The notes under the pieces: generated by a model
What the model saw: only the letters and a program-made list of their open reading frames with translations
What the model was told of the DNA's origin: nothing
Database searches by the model: none
Position numbers and translations under genes: made by a program
From: an uncultured Gammaproteobacteria bacterium
Lineage (GTDB): Bacteria; Patescibacteriota; Microgenomatia; CAZETR01; Amesbacteraceae
Assembly (NCBI GenBank): GCA_964362965.1
Contig: CAYIGO010000001.1
Coordinates: forward strand, 1 to 24,991
DNA length: 24,991 nucleotides
Direction of reading: 5' to 3'
In this document: one piece after another, positions 1-8,563 of the stretch
How the letters are laid out: every line of letters begins with the position of its first letter
How positions within the stretch are numbered: the first letter of the stretch is position 1

Positions 1-2
1 CA

Positions 3-326
3 ATCGAAGCAGATATTTACAAGAACAAGAAGAATGAATTATTTGAAAATAAAGTCAAATTACAAGGCCAAATCGTTCAACTTCAGACCCAAGGCTCCAG
101 TTGGCTCGGACCAATGCGAGAATTTATAAATATAGCGGTAGATGGGGACAAAACCGCGCGCGCAAAAAATAATGCCGACGAACTTTGTTCCGTCGGTAAA
201 AACATCGGCTCGGACTACTTTTTGACTAACCGGCAACTGGGCGTCAGATACAAAATGGGCTTTGCCGAGCTGGCCACTCGCGGGGACTCCTTTTCTGAGC
301 GGGTAGGGGGAATCGGACCCCCGTAG
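3..326 (+). CDS. 5'-truncated ORF, probable C-terminus of a large serine recombinase of a neighbouring element to the left
   Basis: The frame is open from base 3 (IEADIYKNKKNELFENKVKLQGQIVQLQTQGSSWLGPMREFI...). A coiled coil followed by W-L-x-P-M-R-E-F resembles the tails of CPR serine recombinases as I recall them. It ends at TAG 324-326 inside the antisense tRNA-Gly. The catalytic domain is not in the window. Confidence 0.5.
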   Translation: MEADIYKNKKNELFENKVKLQGQIVQLQTQGSSWLGPMREFINIAVDGDKTARAKNNADELCSVGKNIGSDYFLTNRQLGVRYKMGFAELATRGDSFSERVGGIGPP

Positions 327-368
327 CCAGTTTGGAAAACTGGTGCTCTACCATTGAGCTATACCCGC
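298..368 (-). tRNA. tRNA-Gly (TCC)
   Basis: Reverse complement GCGGGTA TAGCTCAATGGTAGAGC A CCAGT TTTCCAA ACTGG CTAC GGGGG TCCGATT CCCCC TACCCGC T. The cloverleaf is complete. CCA is not encoded and the T-loop is the variant TCCGATT. Confidence 0.95.
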
Positions 369-402
369 AATGACATCATTTTACTATATCTGGTAAAGAT
401 TT

Positions 403-426
403 CCCTCTCCTAAAATAAGGAGAGGG
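403..426. repeat. GC-rich inverted repeat between divergent tRNA-Gly and tspO
   Basis: ccctctcct-aaaata-aggagaggg, a 9-bp perfect stem. Confidence 0.7.
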
Positions 427-454
427 ATAAAGGGTGAGGTGGTATACTTAAACC

Positions 455-895
455 ATAAAACTAATTATTTCATTATTACTTCCTCAACTTGCAGGACTTG
501 TTGGTAGTTTATTTACTATTTCAGCTATACCTACATGGTACGCTACTTTAAACAAACCTTTCTTTAGTCCACCAAATTGGATTTTTGGTCCAGTTTGGAC
601 CATTTTATTCTTATTAATGGGTATTTCGTTGTACTTAATCTGGTCAAAGGGCAAAAGAGGTGTAGCATTATTTAAATTTCATCTGGTGATTAACACCTTA
701 TGGTCGATAGTATTTTTTGGTCTAAAAAGTCCAATTCTTGGTCTAATTACCATAATTATTCTTTGGATAACAATTTTAGTTTTAATTAAGATCTTTTGGG
801 AAATAAACAAGCTGTCTTCTATTTTACTCTGGCCTTATTTGGCCTGGGTTTCATTTGCCACTGTCTTGAATTTGGCGATATTGATTCTAAATTAA
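455..895 (+). CDS. tspO: TspO/MBR family tryptophan-rich sensory protein (start uncertain, ATA at 455)
   Basis: The frame is open from 452, well upstream of the ATG at 617. It encodes TWYATLNKPFFSPPNWIFGPVWTILF and LLWPYLAWVSFATVLN, the TspO signatures. No ATG/GTG/TTG precedes the conserved region in frame. Confidence 0.9.
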   Translation: MKLIISLLLPQLAGLVGSLFTISAIPTWYATLNKPFFSPPNWIFGPVWTILFLLMGISLYLIWSKGKRGVALFKFHLVINTLWSIVFFGLKSPILGLITIIILWITILVLIKIFWEINKLSSILLWPYLAWVSFATVLNLAILILN

Positions 896-910
896 TCCCA
901 ACAGTGCTCA

Positions 911-986
911 TGGTCGGGGATGGCAGATTCGAACTGCCGACCTCATCGTCCCAAACGACGCGCTCTACCAACTGAGCCAATCCCCG
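911..986 (-). tRNA. tRNA-Pro (TGG)
   Basis: Reverse complement CGGGGATTGGCTCAGTTGGTAGAGCGCGTCGTTTGGGACGATGAGGTCGGCAGTTCGAATCTGCCATCCCCGACCA, with CCA encoded. Confidence 0.97.
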
Positions 987-993
987 AAATTGT

Positions 994-1025
994 GAGCGGG
1001 AGACGAAGTTCTATTTGAACCGCTC
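994..1025 (-). other. Putative att site (left ICE boundary): tRNA-Gly 3'-end remnant within an inverted repeat
   Basis: Minus strand 1011-994 GAAC TTCGT CTCCCGC TC matches the T-loop end, T-stem and acceptor strand of a GCGGGAG-type tRNA-Gly. GAGCGG (994-999) and CCGCTC (1020-1025) are inverted arms centred on 1009-1010. It lies 7 nt from the 5' end of tRNA-Pro. Confidence 0.65.
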
Positions 1026-1044
1026 CTTCTCACCGTCCTCTCGT

Positions 1045-1073
1045 ATTTTACCAAGCTGATGGAGGTATATCAA
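1045..1073 (-). promoter_or_regulatory. Outward-facing sigma70-type promoter
   Basis: Minus strand TTGATA, 17 nt, then TAAAAT, with an extended -10 TG. Confidence 0.65.
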
Positions 1074-1095
1074 CCCGAGGAAAAGGAGGATTTTT

Positions 1096-1536
1096 ATGTA
1101 TAAATCCGACCTTTTCGACGAGACGACATTTTATAGTCAATTCAGGCACGATTTACTTCGCTCTACGCGCGAAGTCGTTATTGAAAGTCCATTTATAGCA
1201 AGAGAACGGGCAAGAACACTCTATCCTCTGTTTGAAACTCTCATTAACCGTGGTGTACGAGTCTATGTAGTTACTCGTGACCCAAGTGAGCATAGTGAAA
1301 CGATGGAAGAGCAGTCTGAGGTTGAAATACAGCGTTTTGAGGAGTTAGGAGTCCAAGTCCTCCTATGCACAGGCAACCATCACAGGAAGTTAGCTATTTT
1401 AGATAGGCAGGTGCTTTGGGAAGGCAGTCTTAACATTCTCTCTCAACGTAAAAGCCGTGAGATTATGCGCAGAATTGACAATAAAGACATGGCTTTGGAG
1501 ATGTTTAACTTCCTGAAGTTTGGTAATTTCCTCTAG
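1096..1536 (+). CDS. Phospholipase D-like (single HKD) domain protein, possible nuclease
   Basis: HRKLAILD...GSLN motif (HxKxxxxD-x6-GSxN) and SD AGGAGG upstream. Confidence 0.8.
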   Translation: MYKSDLFDETTFYSQFRHDLLRSTREVVIESPFIARERARTLYPLFETLINRGVRVYVVTRDPSEHSETMEEQSEVEIQRFEELGVQVLLCTGNHHRKLAILDRQVLWEGSLNILSQRKSREIMRRIDNKDMALEMFNFLKFGNFL

Positions 1537-1562
1537 TCGGCTTCTTGGATTATAATAAGGCC

Positions 1563-1841
1563 ATGCAAAATGGCACAACTGATGATTTAGTAAATATTGT
1601 CGATGCTCTACCTTGGGATGAGTTAGATGCATTTTCCAAGGGTAAGTACGAAAGTGTTTCTGAAGAAACCTATAAGTTCGTGCTTGATGAAGCAAATAGG
1701 GACATGCTCGTGAAGGCAGCTTTCAAAAGTTTGAAAAAGACTGAATCAGAGAACGCTTCACAATACAGAGCAGAACAGCTCGCAGATATGATGATCAGGT
1801 TTGCAAAACTAGCTTTGGAGAATAAACAGGCTACGAAATAG
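1563..1841 (+). CDS. Hypothetical protein (alternative TTG start at 1545)
   Basis: Helical-looking ORF with TATAAT at 1551-1556, 6 nt before ATG 1563. No family recognised. Confidence 0.55.
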   Translation: MQNGTTDDLVNIVDALPWDELDAFSKGKYESVSEETYKFVLDEANRDMLVKAAFKSLKKTESENASQYRAEQLADMMIRFAKLALENKQATK

Positions 1842-2049
1842 TGATCTTGAGCTTCAAGACCTTGACGATACTCTTCATTTTTTCAAACGACAGATTAGCT
1901 TCACCACGTTCAATCATGGCGTAGTAGTTAACGGTCATGTCAGCTTTTTTGGCCACATCAGCTTGAGTGAGGGAAAGTTTCTCTCGAGCAATTCGAGCTT
2001 TGTCTCCGAATTCTTTTTTCTCTTTCAAATTCATGGAATCGCTATTCAT
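1831..2049 (-). CDS. XRE-family helix-turn-helix regulator
   Basis: RIAREKLSLTQADVAKKADMTVNYYAMIERGEANLS is an HTH_3 pattern. The start was placed at 2049 because TGcTAAAAT lies just upstream. Confidence 0.85.
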   Translation of the reverse strand: MNSDSMNLKEKKEFGDKARIAREKLSLTQADVAKKADMTVNYYAMIERGEANLSFEKMKSIVKVLKLKITIS

Positions 2050-2092
2050 ATATTTATATTTTAGCATTTAATAGCAAATTTACCTCCACAAC

Positions 2093-3826
2093 CTAAATTG
2101 AGGGGATTATTTTTGCTTTATTTTCTATTCTAAAGAGCTTATCGTCTTGAGATAACTTAACTACAAACAGGTCTTCATTGTTCAATGATGAAGGAAGTTT
2201 ATCCTTGAGAATCGACGCCACGAATTGTATATTTTCCGTTTTAACAATCTCAGCAATTTTGACAAGCTGATTATCGTGCATCAACTCCTTTTTATCATTC
2301 AAAATAAAGTGAAGGCATGGAATATTCTCTTCGTCGGCAAATAATATATATGCTATATCAAAACACGATATCTCACCCTGTTTTTTCCCAGAGCTTAAAT
2401 TAGTATTGAAAGAGCTAAATTTGTACAGTTTTTGACCATTTTTATTAGTAACGATGTCATATTTCAAGGCGTATTGTTCCCCATATAATCTATTAGATAT
2501 AGAAGAAAAATGTTTATTAAATTTGTTTAACTGTTCCTTCACGGTTTGTTCAAAGGGTTCAGAGAATAATTCATCGTCGATTAAACCCATATCTTGGTTA
2601 AATTTCTTTAAGTTGGTTTCGACTTCTTCTAGTTGCTGTATTACACTCTCATATTCCCCCTTTTTTCTAAATTGTTCGTTTAGCTGTGAAATTAGTTCTT
2701 CTAGATCTTCATACGAGTCGCTTTTTGAGATCAAGAAAGAAAGTCGCTCTTCTTCTGATAAGAGTACTTTAAGATCATTTTCTCTGGCACTAATGATTTT
2801 GTTTAAATCAGGTAATTCTTTTGTTATGAATTTGATTTTTTCTTCAGTCATCTGGTTGTGGTATTTAACCAGTTCATCAAAGGTTTTTTGAATCGTACTA
2901 ACATATTTAGTAGCTTGCTTATATATCGATTGCAATTCTTGAAGATCAATATCTGCTCTATTTGCATCTAAGTCTTGTTTTGCTTCATTAATAAGATCTT
3001 TGCGAATATTTAATTTTCCGATTTCAGAGCTTAGCTTATTAATTTTGTACTTTACCTCGTTAAGATTATTAAGATCCGATTCGAAATTCTCATTCAAACT
3101 CAAATTAGATTTTTTGTCATTGAGAATTTTTATTTCGTTTTCAACAAGCGCCAATGCGCTTTCATACGCATTTTTTGTTTGTTGTTTCTCAAGTCTTCTT
3201 TTGAAAGTGTTTTCTTGCTGTATTTTTATTAATATTTCTTGTCTTGTGCTGCCTTTGTCAAAATCACATCCTAATAAAAATAAATATAGAGCCTCATATT
3301 CAGCGTCAGTAGTATATCTATCCAATGTTTTTAGGGTGCTATTTATAGCTTCATCTTTATATCTAATATTGTGTGAAATCATTTGTCTAAATGTCGGCCT
3401 TTCGGCAGTATGCTCTGGAAATATTAAATTACCTAGCTTTACCTCAAACTCTTCTTTAGTAAAATCTTCGTTATTAATTCGTCTGATTACTTTTTTATAA
3501 GATAAGAAGTTTCGCTCAATGACTATATCTTGACCAACATTATTATCGATATTTTCAGATAATGTGAGTGTGATTACTACTTCATAGTCAACTAAAAAAT
3601 CTTTCACAAGCGCATACTCATCTCTCTTGGTTTCAGGGTCTACATATATTTGCTTAGCGTCAGCGCCTAAACAAAAGTCAATTAACTTGAGGACGGTTGT
3701 TTTACCCACATTGTTGCCTGTAACTTGATCCACACTCTCGTCGACAATAAGATTAATACCTTTGTGAAAAGGGATGTCTCGGATGATATTACCGAAAGTT
3801 GATATTTTTAGTTGTTTTAAGAACAT
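2093..3826 (-). CDS. ABC-3C/Lamassu-like SMC-type ATPase (LmuB-like, DUF2326-type C-terminus)
   Basis: MFLKQLKI start, Walker A GNNVGKTT, long coiled coil, signature LSSGKKQ, and LHFILNDKKE/MHD C-terminal motifs. Confidence 0.8.
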   Translation of the reverse strand: MFLKQLKISTFGNIIRDIPFHKGINLIVDESVDQVTGNNVGKTTVLKLIDFCLGADAKQIYVDPETKRDEYALVKDFLVDYEVVITLTLSENIDNNVGQDIVIERNFLSYKKVIRRINNEDFTKEEFEVKLGNLIFPEHTAERPTFRQMISHNIRYKDEAINSTLKTLDRYTTDAEYEALYLFLLGCDFDKGSTRQEILIKIQQENTFKRRLEKQQTKNAYESALALVENEIKILNDKKSNLSLNENFESDLNNLNEVKYKINKLSSEIGKLNIRKDLINEAKQDLDANRADIDLQELQSIYKQATKYVSTIQKTFDELVKYHNQMTEEKIKFITKELPDLNKIISARENDLKVLLSEEERLSFLISKSDSYEDLEELISQLNEQFRKKGEYESVIQQLEEVETNLKKFNQDMGLIDDELFSEPFEQTVKEQLNKFNKHFSSISNRLYGEQYALKYDIVTNKNGQKLYKFSSFNTNLSSGKKQGEISCFDIAYILFADEENIPCLHFILNDKKELMHDNQLVKIAEIVKTENIQFVASILKDKLPSSLNNEDLFVVKLSQDDKLFRIENKAKIIPSI

Positions 3827-4044
3827 AGTTGTACTTCGCCACCTTTGCTCATAGAAACAATATTGAGTAAAAATAGCCAATCTAAAGATAGCATGAACAG
3901 AGGGAATGACATCATATTATTTTGACGTACTTTTTGATATAAATCAAAGATTTTCAGCACACGATCACTTTGTAATATCTTGAGGACATGAGCGCCGTTA
4001 TAGTAAACGCTTTGCTGAGGGTGTATGTTGTCAGGCAGTAACAT
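3817..4044 (-). CDS. ABC-3C middle component (LmuC-like small protein)
   Basis: MLLPDNIHPQQSVYYNG...LSLDWLFLL; 75 aa, overlapping both neighbours, in the middle position of the triad. Confidence 0.75.
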   Translation of the reverse strand: MLLPDNIHPQQSVYYNGAHVLKILQSDRVLKIFDLYQKVRQNNMMSFPLFMLSLDWLFLLNIVSMSKGGEVQLCS

Positions 4045-4999
4045 AATTATATTTTGATGGATTCTTAAATATCTTACAACGTACAAATGCATCCACAGCT
4101 AGTACGTTGGCACATAGTTCAAGTTCATCAATAGGTGTCTCGATATAATTGGCGCTCTCGACGACAGTTTTTACAATTTCATCGACAATGTAGAAAAATA
4201 ATTCATCATCAGACATATTTTTTTGATTCTTGGTATAGATACTTCTGATTTTTGCTAATACAGATGTGCTTTTGTTCTTTCCCTGCAGATCAAATGTATT
4301 GTATATTTTATCCACCCTCGAATGGTGTGCGCTGTAGTCGTTTACAATATTTTTTGCTGAATCTAGTTGGTTAAATGAAATTTTTCTGTCTATTTCAAAG
4401 CTATTGATATTTAAATCTTCCCCAGCTTCGAGATTCTCTTTAGAGAGTATGTTAATCATGGCAGCTAGGTTTGATTCGAATTTAACAATGTCAACTTCAT
4501 CGCCAAGTTCAGACTTAATAAACTGATACACCTCTCTTATAAAAGCAGCGTCCTTTGACTTGATAAATCCGAGCAACGAAACCACGTCAATAATGTCATC
4601 ATGAGGATTAAAAATAAGTTTATGGGGGTTGTTAAACGTATTTTTTCTCAAGGAATCAGCGTCCTTATCAGAAATTAGGACATATTTGAAAGCATAACCA
4701 GAATAGTCTGCAACACTTTTCTTTTCTAGGCTTTTTTCGATTTTGTCTTTTGTATTGATCGCAGAAACTTGTACTATAAGTTTATTTTCTTGATCTATGA
4801 GATCAATTGCTTCAACATTTTGTAATTTATCGTTTAAATTAGACAGCTTCCAGCCATATAGTAAATTTAGAAAAAGGTAGTAAAAATTTTCGGAGTGTAC
4901 ATTGAGACTTAGATGATTTAATTTCCCACTTCGCCTGACCTGAAGACTATGGCTATTTAGCCTTTCATCAATATAATCGTAGTACTTCATTCTGTTCAT
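4031..4999 (-). CDS. SMEK-domain effector with ABC-3C C-terminal domain (LmuA-like)
   Basis: N-terminal HSENFY...LLYGWKLSNLN...AIDLID...IVQVSA (SMEK/PD-(D/E)xK-like) and C-terminal VDAFVRCKIFKNP typical of ABC-3C CTDs. Confidence 0.75.
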   Translation of the reverse strand: MNRMKYYDYIDERLNSHSLQVRRSGKLNHLSLNVHSENFYYLFLNLLYGWKLSNLNDKLQNVEAIDLIDQENKLIVQVSAINTKDKIEKSLEKKSVADYSGYAFKYVLISDKDADSLRKNTFNNPHKLIFNPHDDIIDVVSLLGFIKSKDAAFIREVYQFIKSELGDEVDIVKFESNLAAMINILSKENLEAGEDLNINSFEIDRKISFNQLDSAKNIVNDYSAHHSRVDKIYNTFDLQGKNKSTSVLAKIRSIYTKNQKNMSDDELFFYIVDEIVKTVVESANYIETPIDELELCANVLAVDAFVRCKIFKNPSKYNYVTA

Positions 5000-5061
5000 A
5001 TAATAAATCCAATATAGTCTATCTCATTTTAGCAACCTTACATGGCAAATGTATATATAGA

Positions 5062-5670
5062 TCAGTTCAAGGAGTCTGGCAAAAACACTCTCGGATTAAC
5101 TGGTATTCCATATACATTCACCTGGAAATGAAGGTGGACACCAGTTGCCCAACCAGTTTGACCTTGGCCACCGATTACGTCGCTGGTGGTCACCTTTTGG
5201 CCTTTAAAGACGTAGATCTTGTTTAAGTGGGCGTAGATAGTGGTAACGTTGTTGCCATTATTGATGATGATGTGTTTGCCAAACCCCCAGAATATTTCTC
5301 CTGCATAGATGACTGTGCCGTCCATGGCAGGATTGACTGGTTCATCTAGCTTGCTAGCCAGATCAATCCCTGTGTGGAAGACTTGGTACATGCTGGACTG
5401 TGCAAACTCTAGAGTAATGACGCCCTTGGTTGGCCAAACAACCGTTGGGTGAATCTCCGTGGTGACTTCGCCTGTGGTTGGATCTTTGATCTGGATGCTT
5501 TGATTGGTCGGATTCTGGTCTACTAACTTGTCCGAGATGATATTAATACCCACCTGAGTCAGTAGAATGACCGCAATGACAGGCAACATGAGGATAGTGA
5601 GGAAAGCCAGAAGGACGAATTTAAGTTCTTTACGAAACGACCAGAGGGTCAGTACTAGTTTAGGATTCAT
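5062..5670 (-). CDS. Membrane-anchored M23 family peptidase (conjugation-associated cell-wall hydrolase)
   Basis: N-terminal TM helix, HTGID and HLHF zinc motifs, YAHL; last gene of the T4SS operon. Confidence 0.9.
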   Translation of the reverse strand: MNPKLVLTLWSFRKELKFVLLAFLTILMLPVIAVILLTQVGINIISDKLVDQNPTNQSIQIKDPTTGEVTTEIHPTVVWPTKGVITLEFAQSSMYQVFHTGIDLASKLDEPVNPAMDGTVIYAGEIFWGFGKHIIINNGNNVTTIYAHLNKIYVFKGQKVTTSDVIGGQGQTGWATGVHLHFQVNVYGIPVNPRVFLPDSLN

Positions 5671-5672
5671 GG

Positions 5673-7472
5673 CTAAATGTAGACTTCCCTTGGGTCAGTG
5701 GTCAGGAGTGGATGTTCTTCGTCCGATGCGACTACTTTGACCGCTACATGGTTCTGGTCGGCTATGAGCAGCGCCTCACCGCGATCACAGGTTAAAAGAT
5801 AATGTTGCTCATAAGCTGAGAGGTGAAATTCTTCGGCCACTTTTTTAATCGTGGTTGTATCTTGGCGCATAAGAACTCTGAGGGATGATTGGCTGGCTAT
5901 AGCTTTGCCGTATTCCTGATTGAGAAAGTCATTAGCTTGCTGGGTAATGATTGTGACGCCTAAGTAATATTTTCTGGCTCGGCGTACTAGACCTGAGATA
6001 AATCGGGCACTCTCTGGCTCTTGTAGGAGCATCCAGCCCTCATCAATCACAAGCATTCGCTTCTGAGGATTCTGTTTAACTTCATTATTAACGAAGTTCG
6101 CAACCACCATCATCATGATTGATCTGATGGACTCGTTTAAGTCTTTGATATCAAAAACAATCAGACGATTATCAAGTTTGATATTCGTTTGGGAATCAAA
6201 AACAGTGGAAAGTGATCCCTTCACAAATCGCTCTAATCTGTCACATAAATCTTTATGCTTCATGGATTTGAGATTTTTGTAGAAATCTTTAAGGAGCGGA
6301 TATTCAACAGCTTTTGACCTTTTTGCATTTTTACGTGGAGTGAGTTTGACTTCTTTATAGGTGAGTAAAAGTGCGCGATCAACCGATGCCCGCTCTTCTG
6401 AGGTGAGTGATCCAACCATCAAGGAAATCAGCTCAGTTAAATCTTGAATATGTTCAGATAAGTTATTTTCTTGGGTGACTGAGTGCTCTGAAAACTGGAA
6501 GGGATTAATTTTCTCTTTGGATGAGCTAGAGAGTTTGATATATGTACCATCAACGCTTTTCGCCAGTTGTTTGTATTCGCGTTCTGGGTCAATAATTATT
6601 ACTTTTGTTCCCTGCATCAGATGTCTGAGAATTTCTACCTTAGCGGTATAGCTTTTACCCGACCCAGACTGGGCAAAAATAATAGAGTTAGCATTGTTTA
6701 AACTAAAGCGGTCGATGATAACGAGCGAGTTGTTTGATTTATTAATGCCATAGAGAATGCCTGATTCCTGTACTAGTTCGGAAGAAACAAATGGGAACGT
6801 GAGCGCTGCACTTGAGCTATCCAAGTTTCTTTTTTGGGCGAGTTTGTTTTCTGATCTAGGAAGAATCGATTGTAACGCTTCAATTTGCTGGAATGTAGCA
6901 GGCTTAATGTAGAACAGTCGTGTTTGCATGACTGTTTCTAAAAGCTTTGTGTTTTTATTGAGTTCAGCTAAGCTATCTGCACTGATTGTCATATAGATTG
7001 AGACTTGAAAAAGTTTTTCCATTCCGCGTTGTATTTTGTCTTTGAGTTCCATAGCCGACTCAAGCGGGTCGGTGATTTCACTCCCAATAACTCTGCCTTC
7101 TTTAAGCATGGTGCGCTTGGTAGACTCAAGTTCAGTTATTTTTCTATTGAGTTTGGGCAGAGCAATGAGCGGATCAACTTGTTCAATGTGATAGCTGATA
7201 TCAATATCATGATTAAAATTGATCAGGTTATTGAGCCACCCAGTTGAGGCAACATAGGGATAGCCTGAAACAAATAGTGTTCTGACGTAGCGGTCATTGA
7301 TCTGCAAGTAACTAGATTCTTCTTTGAGCCCGGCGTAAGAGATCATATCGAGCTGATCTTGCTCACCATAGGCAATATTAATCGACTGATTGGTCAACTT
7401 CTTTTTGAGCTGTTGGCGTTTCCAGTTTTTAATTGGTTTTAGGTTTGATAGTTTTTTTGTTAGGTTAAACAT
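5673..7472 (-). CDS. virB4: VirB4/TrsE-like conjugative ATPase
   Basis: Walker A AQSGSGKS, IIDPEREY, Walker B LVIDEGW, and RRARKY...TQQ. Confidence 0.9.
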   Translation of the reverse strand: MFNLTKKLSNLKPIKNWKRQQLKKKLTNQSINIAYGEQDQLDMISYAGLKEESSYLQINDRYVRTLFVSGYPYVASTGWLNNLINFNHDIDISYHIEQVDPLIALPKLNRKITELESTKRTMLKEGRVIGSEITDPLESAMELKDKIQRGMEKLFQVSIYMTISADSLAELNKNTKLLETVMQTRLFYIKPATFQQIEALQSILPRSENKLAQKRNLDSSSAALTFPFVSSELVQESGILYGINKSNNSLVIIDRFSLNNANSIIFAQSGSGKSYTAKVEILRHLMQGTKVIIIDPEREYKQLAKSVDGTYIKLSSSSKEKINPFQFSEHSVTQENNLSEHIQDLTELISLMVGSLTSEERASVDRALLLTYKEVKLTPRKNAKRSKAVEYPLLKDFYKNLKSMKHKDLCDRLERFVKGSLSTVFDSQTNIKLDNRLIVFDIKDLNESIRSIMMMVVANFVNNEVKQNPQKRMLVIDEGWMLLQEPESARFISGLVRRARKYYLGVTIITQQANDFLNQEYGKAIASQSSLRVLMRQDTTTIKKVAEEFHLSAYEQHYLLTCDRGEALLIADQNHVAVKVVASDEEHPLLTTDPREVYI

Positions 7473-8085
7473 AGTTATTTCGTAGTAATGCCTCCACGGA
7501 TTCTTTGGTAAGGGGTTGAGTCTTCATACTCTCGCCGTTGTAGAAGCTGTAAAAGAGGTTAAGGATTTCAAGGCCTGTGAGTGATCTAGCTTTCATTTGC
7601 ATGCGTTCCAAGCCTTTGACAATAATGTCTTTCTCAAGATTTAAGTGTTCTTTGATGAGCTTCATGTCTTGGTGGCGCTCAGTGTGTTTGTAGGGAACGA
7701 CAATATAGAATCTACGGGATAGGATTTTATTACCCGAAACTAATTTCTTCACAAATGCACAATATCCCTCAATCTGCTTTTTATAGGCAGGGACTTTTTC
7801 TTTGTCTTTGGTTTTAGCGATATCTTCCAGATACTTATCAATATCCATCTCACGAACCCGAACCAAGATTTGAATTTGGCATGGTAGAGAATTTAAGAAG
7901 TTTTGAAAACTATCAATAATCACATCCTGTTCGTCTTCGCTTTTAAGTTCAAAGTTAACGGAGGAGGTTTCAAGTATCTGACGATATTCGTTATTAGGAA
8001 GCACAAGGATGTTATCCACGACTTCTTTAATCTGGATTTGTTGACGGCTACTGGTACTGCCTGATTTGTGTAATAAGTTCTTCAT
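7465..8085 (-). CDS. T4SS-associated protein (VirB4 N-terminal-like partner)
   Basis: SVNFELKSEDEQDVIIDSFQNFLNSL...IQILVR...RRFYIVVPY resembles the small proteins that precede VirB4; overlaps virB4 by 8 nt. Confidence 0.65.
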   Translation of the reverse strand: MKNLLHKSGSTSSRQQIQIKEVVDNILVLPNNEYRQILETSSVNFELKSEDEQDVIIDSFQNFLNSLPCQIQILVRVREMDIDKYLEDIAKTKDKEKVPAYKKQIEGYCAFVKKLVSGNKILSRRFYIVVPYKHTERHQDMKLIKEHLNLEKDIIVKGLERMQMKARSLTGLEILNLFYSFYNGESMKTQPLTKESVEALLRNNYV

Positions 8086-8086
8086 A

Positions 8087-8563
8087 TTATTTTTTACTTA
8101 GTTGATAGTGCAGGGCAACTTTGCCAGAAGCGATTAAGTGCTCAAACCTAACTTGATCAAGAATATCTAAATTCATATTTTGAGATTTGCTGATCTTCTT
8201 TACGGATTTTTTAACCGCAATCTGCTCAACGGGTAACTCTGGAATATCGAGTGTTCTGCCCGTTAAATCGTTTTTGTTAAATAGATAATATTTTGGCCTC
8301 ATGCGATATTTAAGAAGTACTCCAAACCACTCAGCGACAATCTTGTCTTTAATTCGTAGTGCCAAAATACCTGAGGTAGCCGTAGAGATAATAATGAGCA
8401 CTAACTTTAGTGAGGTGAGCTTCATGCTGGGCAGAAGTAAGATATAAATAATGGCCGTCCATAGAATTGGTGCCATGAGAATTAATATTTGAGTCATATT
8501 GAGGCTCCCTGCAATCTTGTCCTCAACAGTCGTGATTTGTGCTGGGATGATGGTAGTTCTCAT
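8087..8563 (-). CDS. prgI: PrgI family protein
   Basis: IPAQITTVEDKIAGSLNMTQ followed by two TM helices and RPKYY; located upstream of virB4. Confidence 0.8.
   Translation of the reverse strand: MRTTIIPAQITTVEDKIAGSLNMTQILILMAPILWTAIIYILLLPSMKLTSLKLVLIIISTATSGILALRIKDKIVAEWFGVLLKYRMRPKYYLFNKNDLTGRTLDIPELPVEQIAVKKSVKKISKSQNMNLDILDQVRFEHLIASGKVALHYQLSKK

Noticed and set aside
403-426. Hairpin as the tRNA-Gly terminator
   Set aside because: It lies on the 5' side of the minus-strand tRNA and has no U-tract in that direction, so it is kept only as a repeat.
2454-3500. Plus-strand ORFs 2454-2891 and 3000-3500
   Set aside because: Antisense shadows of the SMC-like ATPase with no motifs.
3827-4092. 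Longer starts for the ATPase (3880) and the middle component (4092)
   Set aside because: They create long overlaps; the conserved-looking N-termini begin at 3826 and 4044.
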